64,000 nt of DNA from an uncultured virus (IMG/VR IMGVR_UViG_3300013121_000030) (lineage: Duplodnaviria > Heunggongvirae > Uroviricota > Caudoviricetes). The notes under the pieces were generated by a model. The model was given only the letters and a program-made list of their open reading frames with translations, did no database searches and was not told where the DNA came from. Location of the stretch: positions 1-64,000 of the IMG/VR virus record IMGVR_UViG_3300013121_000030; one strand, given 5' to 3'. Shown piece after piece: positions 1 to 7,811 of the stretch. A program made the translations under genes and the position numbers. How positions within the stretch are numbered: position 1 is the stretch's first letter; each line of letters opens with the position of its first letter.

Positions 1-43
1 AGATCCTGCACATTCTTCGCACGGTATAACCGAGGCACCATCT

Positions 44-253
44 ATGACTTCTGAACATCGAAAGCAGGTGCGTGCGGCCCGCCTGGCCGCCAAGGCGAAG
101 CGTTCAACCCCACGAGAACGGTCTTCCTTGGGAGGAAAGTGCCGATCAGGAGATGCTGCAAACTTCCTTCCCACATTCTCAGGAGAGGAAATTCCAGTGG
201 ACCCTCAGGATCCAGAGTCCCTCACGCGAAACCTGGAGAAGATTCAAGATTGA
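44..253 (+). CDS. hypothetical basic protein
   Basis: 69-aa ORF preceded by GGTATAAC and GAGG; no recognisable motif. Confidence 0.4.
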   Translation: MTSEHRKQVRAARLAAKAKRSTPRERSSLGGKCRSGDAANFLPTFSGEEIPVDPQDPESLTRNLEKIQD

Positions 254-273
254 GGTCGAAAGGGCAACCCAAC

Positions 274-846
274 TCAGGGGGAGGCTTGAGTCATCTCGTG
301 TTGCACAAAGGCACGAAGTCGCTTGCGTGTGATGGGTGCTCTCCCATCCCATGGCAAGGGTTGCCCCCACAGGAATCCCAAGGAGAAGCTCAAGTTCCGT
401 GCCTTGGAGAAGAGGGAGGAGTCTGAGGCCAACTCGAAGACTGGATCCCCCTTGGGATCCACAGCCACCTCGGCCCGAGGAGATCCCTTGAGATGGTAGA
501 GGCCAATCACTCCTCCGGCGGATTTGTAGATCACAGAGTCCTGAGTGTATTTTCGCCCAAGCTCAAACAGGACCCCAGGGGCAATCCCAGGGATCAGGAG
601 GGATCGCTCTGTCACTCCTTCCCAAGATCCCTTGAGGGGAATTATGCGAGCATAGCCAGCTCGCTGGAGATCTGCCACCAGCTCGCCATGGCGAGCCTTG
701 TTGAGGGACTTGGGGCCGTTGGTGTAGGCAGACATGACCCCAAAAGTCCCCCCCACTTGCAACAGCCGAAGGAGCTGCCGCTGTCGGAAGGAAATCTTCT
801 GCTGGGCAGCTTCAAACCACCGCACCATCTGCTCTGAGAAGGACAT
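274..846 (-). CDS. DUF3293-like phage protein
   Basis: Pattern FGVMSAY...N..R..EL..DL...GY...GSWEG..ERS...LGRKYTQDSVI resembles the DUF3293 family; GGAG upstream of ATG. Confidence 0.55.
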   Translation of the reverse strand: MSFSEQMVRWFEAAQQKISFRQRQLLRLLQVGGTFGVMSAYTNGPKSLNKARHGELVADLQRAGYARIIPLKGSWEGVTERSLLIPGIAPGVLFELGRKYTQDSVIYKSAGGVIGLYHLKGSPRAEVAVDPKGDPVFELASDSSLFSKARNLSFSLGFLWGQPLPWDGRAPITRKRLRAFVQHEMTQASP

Positions 847-877
847 GCTCCAGTTAGCTCAATAGAGTGGATATCCC

Positions 878-906
878 GTGTAATGCCCGCCGATGCGTGC
901 TACACT
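878..906 (+). promoter_or_regulatory. phage sigma70-like promoter GTGTAA-N17-TACACT (TG-extended)
   Basis: GTGTAA 878-883, 17-nt spacer, TGC-TACACT 898-906; ATG 6 nt downstream at 913. Confidence 0.8.
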
Positions 907-912
907 CGTGAA

Positions 913-1149
913 ATGAAGATCTCAAAGTGGGAGTCTTGCTGGAACCTGGGCCGATCCCAGTGGGGACGCCGATGGGGAGATGGGCTGGAAGCCGCTCGTT
1001 GCATCGAACTCGTCCCGGGCGAATGGACGTGGCTGGTGTGGGGCCCTGGGGCTGGGAGTGGAGCGACTCTCAGCGGAACCACATCCTCTTCCGACGAGGC
1101 CAAGAAGGCGGCAGACACAGCGCTCAAGTCGTTGGGTGTTTGCCTCTGA
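913..1149 (+). CDS. hypothetical Trp-rich protein (probably leaderless)
   Basis: ATG at 913, 6 nt after the -10 box; MKISKWESCW... Confidence 0.6.
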   Translation: MKISKWESCWNLGRSQWGRRWGDGLEAARCIELVPGEWTWLVWGPGAGSGATLSGTTSSSDEAKKAADTALKSLGVCL

Positions 1150-1160
1150 GTATCTCAAAC

Positions 1161-1595
1161 ATGGCGTTGTCAAACTACCTCACCCACCATGAATGGGATC
1201 TCGCGTACTTCTCGTTTTACATGTTCGTGGGCCCCGAGCCCGTGGATCTTTCGACCCATCTTCGTCTTGGGATCTTGGCGGCGAACCACAACGGATATGT
1301 GAACTGGAATGGACTCGAAGTTACCAACCCTCCCGAGAACCCTGAGGAGTTCACACAGGAACACCTCTACAGCCTCGTCCGAAAAGCTCATCCTGTGGAG
1401 GAATCCTCATCTCGTCTGGTGGAGATGGTCCGGGGAGAGTTTGATCCCATCGCAGCCGGAAGGGAATTCCGCGATTGGCTCACTGGGGATGCTTGCGACA
1501 TCCCTGAGCCACTGCGCAACAATCTCATCACGTTCCTTACCTCGATCACGGAGGAGAATCGTCTTGACGAAGAAGGCGAAAACACCGCCGGGTAG
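1161..1595 (+). CDS. hypothetical protein
   Basis: 3' part of ORF 927..1595 from MALSNYLTHHEW; follows the 913..1149 stop by 11 nt. Confidence 0.6.
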   Translation: MALSNYLTHHEWDLAYFSFYMFVGPEPVDLSTHLRLGILAANHNGYVNWNGLEVTNPPENPEEFTQEHLYSLVRKAHPVEESSSRLVEMVRGEFDPIAAGREFRDWLTGDACDIPEPLRNNLITFLTSITEENRLDEEGENTAG

Positions 1596-1929
1596 GTTTC
1601 TTGCCAAAAAGGACTACTATCGAAGGCGTCAAGCTGTCTTTGATGCAGTCAAGGAGGCTAGGATCCATGGCAGTGCCCTCGTCGAATGGAAGGGAAAGCT
1701 GTACACAGTGCTTCCTTTCAAGGACATTGGGTTTGATGGGGGTCCAGATATTTTCTACGTGGAGGGCAACCGCTTGAGGAAAGGCGTCGCCATTCCATCC
1801 AAGAAAACTTCAGATGGGTCCCAAATCCTGGCTGGTGTTCGCCAACATCGCGTGGGAGGCCGGGTTCTGGCCATTTTAGTCCCAGCCCAACCTTAGGTGG
1901 GTGGGTTCGGGTAGTTTCACACAATAGAA

Positions 1930-2238
1930 ATGACCCAGCACGACCTCGTGAAGTCTAGGTTGGAAGCCCTCATTGGAGAAATCTTGGGGGTTCGATCCGT
2001 GGTTTCCTTCAGCGAAGGGAAGCCCTTGTGGCTCCGCATCAAGTTCAGGGAACCCATGGCGGAGAAATCAGACCTTGTGCAGCAATGCGTTGGTTTGGTG
2101 CGGACTCAGCTCGCCCTCTGGGCGATGTATCCGTCCTCAAACCCAATCCCTGTGGAGGATCTCTTCATCAGGTTGGATGATTTTGGGCCATCCAACCTGG
2201 AGTGGTGGAAAGAGAGGTCTTCAAAACCTCTCACTTGA
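1930..2238 (+). CDS. hypothetical protein
   Basis: 102-aa ORF filling the gap; converges on the next gene. Confidence 0.5.
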   Translation: MTQHDLVKSRLEALIGEILGVRSVVSFSEGKPLWLRIKFREPMAEKSDLVQQCVGLVRTQLALWAMYPSSNPIPVEDLFIRLDDFGPSNLEWWKERSSKPLT

Positions 2239-3496
2239 GGTCATCGCACTGGAATCCCCCAGTCATGACACGAACCGTGGACTTGTGCTGGGATCCATCG
2301 AGGAGCAACTTCCATTTCTTCTCAGGGAATTTGCAGTTGTAATAGTTCTTGGGTGGGCCCTTGGAGGTCAGGAGGATGGTATAGCTTTCACCACGATCCC
2401 CCATGCGAAGGCACCCAAGGGAGGGCTCACCCAAACACATGTCCAGCCCAAGAATGGACGGCCATTTGGGCTCGGAATTCCGCTCCTCAGCCACAAGGGG
2501 GCTGGTGGAGACAAACCGATTGATGGTGTAGTCACACCACCAGTCCTCCACAGGAACTGAACGATACTTGGTGTGGCACTCCGTGCGGGCCGGGCTTCCC
2601 GAAGTGCAAGTTTTCGTGCAGTCCACGGAGAAAGACCCGTTCCCTCGATCTACATTCCTACAGGAATCCGAACAAACTGGAGCAACCGCAGGAATCGTAG
2701 AGCATTCCTCACCATCAGGAACCTCTCTGTAAGAGCGAGTCCGAGAGTACGAGGAGACGTTGTAAGCTGCGTGGGGCTTGGAGTCACACCATGACCCGTC
2801 TTGGACTGCCGTGAAGCGCTCCATCTCCACAGTGCGCTTCCACGAATGCCCAGTGACCGTTACCTCCACAGGCTCCTTCCACACAGCACAAGTGATTCCC
2901 AGAATCACCACCAAAATCCCCGTCAAGGTGATCAGGATCTTGGGCCAGTCCCTGGGGCGGAAGTCCTCCATCACCGCATTCGCCGGTTCCTCAAGAAGGG
3001 GCGGCAGAAGTGGGGCATCCAGGTCAATCTCCCCAGGGGCAGAAGGGAGAAGAACGGAGGGAGCGGAGGGAGCGTTCCTCTCGGAGAACGAGACTCGAAC
3101 CCCTCGTCGTGCGTGCGCTTCTTGTGAGCGGCGCTTCTCTGCCTGGCGAGCTTCCCACTCGACCGCAGCTTGGTGGCCAGAGTCACGCGCCCCCTCAGGA
3201 ATCGAGGCCCGGCGGGGAGCCAACACCGTGGACTTGGGTGCTCCGCAGTTCACACAGTGGATGTCGTTGTTACGGTTGGGAGTGGAACAATGTTCGCACA
3301 TCCAGTCCGAAGCTGACGGGATGTTGGTGCGGATCGCTTGGCCAGATCGGGGAAAGTAGCGGAGATGTGCCGCCTGTGCCTGTCCGCAGGTGGGGCAGTG
3401 TCGGTGATCGACCCCCAAGAGGCCCTTGGACCCACATTGGGGACAATCCCACAGCATCTGGAAAGTCCCCTTCGTGTAGTGTGTGATGGTTGTCAT
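2231..3496 (-). CDS. Zn-ribbon (RanBP2-like) membrane protein with Cys-rich extracytoplasmic domain
   Basis: WDCPQC..HCPTC and WMCEHC..HCVNC ribbons, one TM (ILITLTGILVVILGITCAVW), Cys-rich C-terminus (VTGHSWKRTV...). Confidence 0.75.
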   Translation of the reverse strand: MTTITHYTKGTFQMLWDCPQCGSKGLLGVDHRHCPTCGQAQAAHLRYFPRSGQAIRTNIPSASDWMCEHCSTPNRNNDIHCVNCGAPKSTVLAPRRASIPEGARDSGHQAAVEWEARQAEKRRSQEAHARRGVRVSFSERNAPSAPSVLLPSAPGEIDLDAPLLPPLLEEPANAVMEDFRPRDWPKILITLTGILVVILGITCAVWKEPVEVTVTGHSWKRTVEMERFTAVQDGSWCDSKPHAAYNVSSYSRTRSYREVPDGEECSTIPAVAPVCSDSCRNVDRGNGSFSVDCTKTCTSGSPARTECHTKYRSVPVEDWWCDYTINRFVSTSPLVAEERNSEPKWPSILGLDMCLGEPSLGCLRMGDRGESYTILLTSKGPPKNYYNCKFPEKKWKLLLDGSQHKSTVRVMTGGFQCDDLK

Positions 3497-3618
3497 CGGA
3501 TGTGCTCCAAGTGGCCCAGGATACCCCCCACAAAACTCACAACCAGAACTGTGATGGCGAGGGCAAGAACGACCGCAAAGGCCCGAGGATGTTCAGGCGG
3601 AAGCTCTCTGTACTTCAT
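3493..3618 (-). CDS. small membrane protein (41 aa, not in the ORF track)
   Basis: MKYRELPPEHPRAFAVVLALAITVLVVSFVGGILGHLEHIR; ATG 7 nt after a promoter -10; stop overlaps the next ATG (ATGA). Confidence 0.65.
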   Translation of the reverse strand: MKYRELPPEHPRAFAVVLALAITVLVVSFVGGILGHLEHIR

Positions 3619-3625
3619 TGCCAGA

Positions 3626-3654
3626 AGGGTAGCATGCCAGGGCACAAGTTACAC
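3626..3654 (-). promoter_or_regulatory. promoter GTGTAA-N17-TACCCT
   Basis: TTACAC at 3649-3654 and AGGGTA at 3626-3631 on the + strand; TG-extended. Confidence 0.8.
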
Positions 3655-3683
3655 GTGTAACTTTGGTCTTGACGTGCTACTCT
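3655..3683 (+). promoter_or_regulatory. promoter GTGTAA-N17-TACTCT
   Basis: Back-to-back with the previous promoter via the palindrome GTTACACGTGTAAC. Confidence 0.8.
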
Positions 3684-3694
3684 GAGGGGGAGAC

Positions 3695-4336
3695 ATGGAA
3701 TCAGAACATCAAAAGTTCTCCCGGTTCGTGGGGGAGTTGGGGCTTGAAGGGGTGCCTTTTGGAGAGATCACTCGGGACCTTCTTCGTCAGAAGGCGAAGA
3801 AGTTTCGGATTGATAATCACCCCGACAAGTTCTCGTCAGACCCAGACCTTCAACGTCTGAAGACGCAGGAGTTCCAACGTTTCCAAGAGGCGCTGGACAA
3901 CCTTTTGGAGGTGATGGGCCCCACGGATGACAACCTCCAGATCTTGGATGATCTCTTTCACGAAGGTAGGGATGAAGTCCAGTTCAAGATGTCTGTGGGT
4001 GCGGAGGAGTTGTTGTCTGCGATCTCCTTCCTTCTAGGGGAGATTCAGGCCCATCCCCGCTGGGAAGTCAAGCTCTCAACAACCAACGGATTCCGGGCGG
4101 CGGTCGGACTTTACGATGGGAGGATTGCAGGGCCATATTCTGCCTGGAAGAGTTCCAGGGTTTCCTCGATCGTTGATGCTGGGGGTAGCTTGTCTCTTTT
4201 GAAGATCCTCATGGATCTTCCGCGCGGGAGCATCTGTTATCTTCGGTGGGGTCCAGGTACGATACGTTCGTACCGATTGTGGATTGTTTGGCAGGAGGGC
4301 ACCAGGTACCATTCTCAAGCCTGGTATCCCTTCTAA
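3695..4336 (+). CDS. J-domain (DnaJ-like) protein
   Basis: N-terminal helical region with HPD motif (KKFRIDNHPDKF...EFQRFQEALDNL); SD GGGGGAG. Confidence 0.65.
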   Translation: MESEHQKFSRFVGELGLEGVPFGEITRDLLRQKAKKFRIDNHPDKFSSDPDLQRLKTQEFQRFQEALDNLLEVMGPTDDNLQILDDLFHEGRDEVQFKMSVGAEELLSAISFLLGEIQAHPRWEVKLSTTNGFRAAVGLYDGRIAGPYSAWKSSRVSSIVDAGGSLSLLKILMDLPRGSICYLRWGPGTIRSYRLWIVWQEGTRYHSQAWYPF

Positions 4337-4354
4337 ACTGAAAAGGGAGGTGGG

Positions 4355-4684
4355 ATGGTGGGGGAAGTTCACGATTTCTTGCTGAGGCAAGGTTTTTTCA
4401 CAGGAAAAGGCATTTCACGGGGATGCCAGAACTATTGGCATCCAACGAAGCACATCAAAATCGTGCTCTTTTCTAGGGTCGTTCCCCTGAGTTCGGTTTA
4501 CTCGGGGGAGATCCTCGAAGCTGAGGCTGAAGTGATTCTTTCCTGCCCAGGAAGCGATCTCGTGGAGGTGCGAACTACATGCGCCGCCACTCCAAAAAGG
4601 CTGGAGGAGGTCCTGGTCTCTCTTCAACGGGGGGCTGAGATTATGGACTCAGTCTTTGGGGATCAAGCGGACTCACGGGTATAA
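4355..4684 (+). CDS. hypothetical protein
   Basis: 109-aa ORF with SD GGAGG. Confidence 0.55.
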   Translation: MVGEVHDFLLRQGFFTGKGISRGCQNYWHPTKHIKIVLFSRVVPLSSVYSGEILEAEAEVILSCPGSDLVEVRTTCAATPKRLEEVLVSLQRGAEIMDSVFGDQADSRV

Positions 4685-4694
4685 GTGAGCCGAG

Positions 4695-4766
4695 GGGCTG
4701 GTAGCTCAATGGTGGAGCGACGGACTTTTAATCCGTAGGTTGAGGGTTCGAGTCCCTCCCGGCTCA
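4695..4766 (+). tRNA. tRNA-Lys (anticodon TTT), CCA not encoded
   Basis: Acceptor GGGCTGG/CCGGCTC, D-arm GCTC/GAGC, anticodon arm ACGGA-CTTTTAA-TCCGT, T-arm GAGGG-TTCGAGT-CCCTC, discriminator A. Confidence 0.93.
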
Positions 4767-4768
4767 CA

Positions 4769-5278
4769 ATGAAAATTGTAACGGGCATCGGGTCCAGAAA
4801 CACCCCCGCATTTTATCTAGGGTCCATCGCCAGAATCGCCAAGGACCTGTCTGACCTCGGATGGGTTTTGCGCTCTGGCGGAGCTGCGGGGGCAGACACT
4901 GTTTTTGAGGCACAATTCCCACCCCATCAGCGTCAAATCTTTAGACCTGGAGAACACCTCCAACAGGAAGACAAAGCCTGTGATCTTTTTGATCAGAAGG
5001 TGCGTCCCATCGCAGGATGTGTTTCCATCCGACGTATGAAGCCTCAAACACGGGAGCTTCTTGCACGGAATATGTTCCAGGTCCTGGGCTTGGACCTCCA
5101 GACGCCTTCCACTTGTGTGATATGCTGGACCCCCACCCTTGATTATTCCAGTTTTGATGCTGGCGGCACACGATATGCTGTAATCCTTGCCCAAGTCATG
5201 GGGGTCCCCATCTTCAACCTTCTGAAGATGGGTGAGAGTGAGGTTCTCACTCAGGTGAAGCTTCTGCAAGCATCATGA
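4769..5278 (+). CDS. SLOG-superfamily (DprA-like) phage protein
   Basis: TGIGSRNTP, LRSGGAAGAD, ARNMFQVLG, VICWT and GGT motifs. Confidence 0.8.
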   Translation: MKIVTGIGSRNTPAFYLGSIARIAKDLSDLGWVLRSGGAAGADTVFEAQFPPHQRQIFRPGEHLQQEDKACDLFDQKVRPIAGCVSIRRMKPQTRELLARNMFQVLGLDLQTPSTCVICWTPTLDYSSFDAGGTRYAVILAQVMGVPIFNLLKMGESEVLTQVKLLQAS

Positions 5279-5858
5279 GGACGTGCCACCGCATCGTTTC
5301 CAGACGATACGGCTTGGCTGTGGCCCACATCAACATCCTCAATGCCTCTGGGGGAGCATCCAACATCCAGGACTTGAACGCTTCCGTGTCCAAGTCCCGC
5401 ATCTCCCGAACCTCCTCCGTGAGGAGAGGGAGATGCTCTACAAGCTGCCCAACAACCTCATACCTCTTCATGTTCCGCCACATCTTCCGGGGCAAGAGGT
5501 TCTCCGCAACACCTGGGTCAATCGACCGAATTGGGTGTGACGGGGCCTCCCTGACTAGAGGAGGCAAAACCACTTCCAGTTCTGGCTCCGGTTGTGGAGC
5601 CTCCACGATTTTGGGTGCCTCCTCAACCACCACAGGGGGCTGAATGGGAGTCCCCGAAGACAGAATCCCCAAGACTGAATCTGTGGACATCCCCGAGTCC
5701 CATTCAAGCCGAGTGACCCCACCTCCCCGACCCAGCGTCACCATCCCCCCCACCGAAGGAGCAAAAGCACGCATGTCCTTCAGAATTGTGGAGCGGTTGG
5801 GAGGAGTGTTGGGGACCCCTCTTCGTCTCAAGATGTCATCAATCGTGATCGTGGGCAT
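5247..5858 (-). CDS. hypothetical protein with Pro/Glu-rich linker
   Basis: From MPTITIDDILRRRG; the longer start in the track overlaps the divergent promoter and gene. Confidence 0.55.
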   Translation of the reverse strand: MPTITIDDILRRRGVPNTPPNRSTILKDMRAFAPSVGGMVTLGRGGGVTRLEWDSGMSTDSVLGILSSGTPIQPPVVVEEAPKIVEAPQPEPELEVVLPPLVREAPSHPIRSIDPGVAENLLPRKMWRNMKRYEVVGQLVEHLPLLTEEVREMRDLDTEAFKSWMLDAPPEALRMLMWATAKPYRLETMRWHVLMMLAEASPE

Positions 5859-5874
5859 GGCTTTCAATACCCGA

Positions 5875-5903
5875 GTGTAAAAAAGAACGCTGAGTGCTAC
5901 ACT
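5875..5903 (+). promoter_or_regulatory. promoter GTGTAA-N17-TACACT
   Basis: Exact family match upstream of the DHH gene. Confidence 0.8.
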
Positions 5904-5923
5904 GTGCTCAGGTACTCTCAACC

Positions 5924-6799
5924 ATGCTCCCACAGTCCCCCAATGACATCGAAGTGGTCCTCTATCATGCGTCCTGTACAGACGGATTCGGAGCGGCATG
6001 GGCTGCTTGGGAAAGGCTTGGGGACCGGGCAGTCTACATCCCCATGGCTTACCACGACCCTCTTCCCGAGATTGTTCGTGGGAAGAATGTGGCGGTCGTC
6101 GACTTCCACTGTGAGAAGCAGGACCAGCACGCTGAACTCCTTCACCTTGCTCGGTCTGTGATCATCCTGGACCATCACAGCTCTGCTCAAAAGAAGCTGC
6201 ATGCGGATCCTCATGCAGTCTTCGACATGAACAAGTCTGGAGCTGTCCTCGCCTGGGAATACTTCCACCCAGGCAAGCCTCTCCCTGTTCTCCTCTCCTA
6301 CGTCCAGGATGTGGACCTGCACGCCAAGAAGATCGCCAACTCGTCCGCGTTCGTGGTCGCCCTCTATGAGACAATCCCCATGGACTTCCAGGCGTGGCAC
6401 CAGATCCACGTGGAGATGGCCCACCGGGAGTGGGAGCTGATTTCGCGGGGTCGGGCCATCCAATCCCTGATGTCAAACCTCGTCGACCAGGCTGTGCAAG
6501 GGGCTGTGCTCATCACCTTCGAGGGAGTTCGGATGTGGTGCGTGAACCACACCAGCAGGTTCTACAGCTCCGTTGGCAATGCACTGTGTGAGCGCATTGT
6601 GGAGGGAGAAGAGACTCCTGTGGGAGTGGGGATGGTTTGGTGGTGGGACGCCTCCAAGCGGAGGTTCAAGGTTTCTCTCCGCTCGAAATCCCTCGTCATC
6701 AATCACATCGCCTCCAAATATGGGGGAGGCGGTCATGATTTTGCAGCCTCCTTCTACTTGGAAGACATTACTTCCTTTTTTGCCCGGGGGTCATGTTGA
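5924..6799 (+). CDS. DHH/DHHA1 family phosphoesterase
   Basis: YHASCTDG, VVDF, ILDHH, SLRS and GGGGHDFAASF motifs. Confidence 0.88.
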   Translation: MLPQSPNDIEVVLYHASCTDGFGAAWAAWERLGDRAVYIPMAYHDPLPEIVRGKNVAVVDFHCEKQDQHAELLHLARSVIILDHHSSAQKKLHADPHAVFDMNKSGAVLAWEYFHPGKPLPVLLSYVQDVDLHAKKIANSSAFVVALYETIPMDFQAWHQIHVEMAHREWELISRGRAIQSLMSNLVDQAVQGAVLITFEGVRMWCVNHTSRFYSSVGNALCERIVEGEETPVGVGMVWWWDASKRRFKVSLRSKSLVINHIASKYGGGGHDFAASFYLEDITSFFARGSC

Positions 6800-7811
6800 A
6801 CATGCCGCTCAGGCGATTTATCACAAGGTGCTGAGTTTCTTTGGTGGACTTGGCGAGAATGTCCACTACATTCTCGCCGTTTCTATTGGCGACCCGAAAG
6901 TAAATTCGTACCCCTCCATGGGTGTTGTTTCGCACTTCAGCGAGCCCGCCGGCCAAAATCTTAATGTTGCTGAAGAGCCCCTGCTTCATGTTTTCCACAA
7001 GGCGATCAGCGGCTTTCTGAGCCAGCGGATTTTTCCCCATGGATTCTGCGATTTCCACCATAGTTGGATCCTGGTTAATTGAGGAGACAACTTTGGTTGG
7101 CTTTCCTGAAGCCAACCCTGGGAGAGCAACTTTGGACTCCATCCCTCCTGAAGCTTCCACAAGTGTGGAAGCCACAAAGGCCTCTTGAGCCAGAGGCGAA
7201 GAGTGCTCATACGAAATTGAGTTGGGCTGCTTGACTGACTTCCCAAGGACTCGACCACTCGCCGGGTCCAGATAGACCCTGACCCTTCCTTCGGAGAAAT
7301 TCTGGTACGACTTTACAGTGTCATCCACAACGCGCTGCACGCGACCTGGAAGCGAGAGGTCGTAGACCACCCCTGCGACCCCCTTGGCAACGTCAGAGAC
7401 GACTTCACAAACGGTGCAGGTGCCCTGGGGATCTGCAATCACCAATGGACTCGACTGTGCATACTGGTAGGGATGCAAGTCCTCAGGGTTGGTGGGGAAG
7501 CTCAGGTCTGGCGATGCCCATTGCGCTGACTCGATCCAAAGGATCCGCGACCCAAAGAGGACAGCCTCCCCAAACACCGCATCCTCGCCACCAGCATAGC
7601 GCTCTGTAATTTCCCACGGACCCTGAGAAAGAGGAGCCCCAAAAGGACTTGAGAGGACTTCCTGGCGAGTGTGGATGCTGAATCTGGCCGACCCAAGAGA
7701 ATCCATCACATAGGCTTCTGTGCGCTCCGATGGAGCAAGAGGCCCCCCCTCGGAAAGGCCACCACCACATCCTGCAAGCAGAAGTCCAACACAAGCCATC
7801 CAGCGCTTCAT
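6768..7811 (-). CDS. lipoprotein: Rhs-associated core plus C-terminal RelE/ParE-like toxin domain
   Basis: MKRWMACVGLLLAGC lipobox; core motifs DSLGSAR, SPFG, GSR..WASPD, PYQYAQSSPLVIADPQG; C-terminal LAEVR..GGVRIYF...ILAKSTKETQ; ATG overlaps the upstream stop (ATGA) with GGAG SD. Confidence 0.75.
   Translation of the reverse strand: MKRWMACVGLLLAGCGGGLSEGGPLAPSERTEAYVMDSLGSARFSIHTRQEVLSSPFGAPLSQGPWEITERYAGGEDAVFGEAVLFGSRILWIESAQWASPDLSFPTNPEDLHPYQYAQSSPLVIADPQGTCTVCEVVSDVAKGVAGVVYDLSLPGRVQRVVDDTVKSYQNFSEGRVRVYLDPASGRVLGKSVKQPNSISYEHSSPLAQEAFVASTLVEASGGMESKVALPGLASGKPTKVVSSINQDPTMVEIAESMGKNPLAQKAADRLVENMKQGLFSNIKILAGGLAEVRNNTHGGVRIYFRVANRNGENVVDILAKSTKETQHLVINRLSGMFNMTPGQKRK

Noticed and set aside
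1309-1896. 195-aa ORF
   Set aside because: The 5' half overlaps the 1161..1595 gene and no canonical in-frame start is evident near 1596; the 3' half may be coding but boundaries cannot be supported
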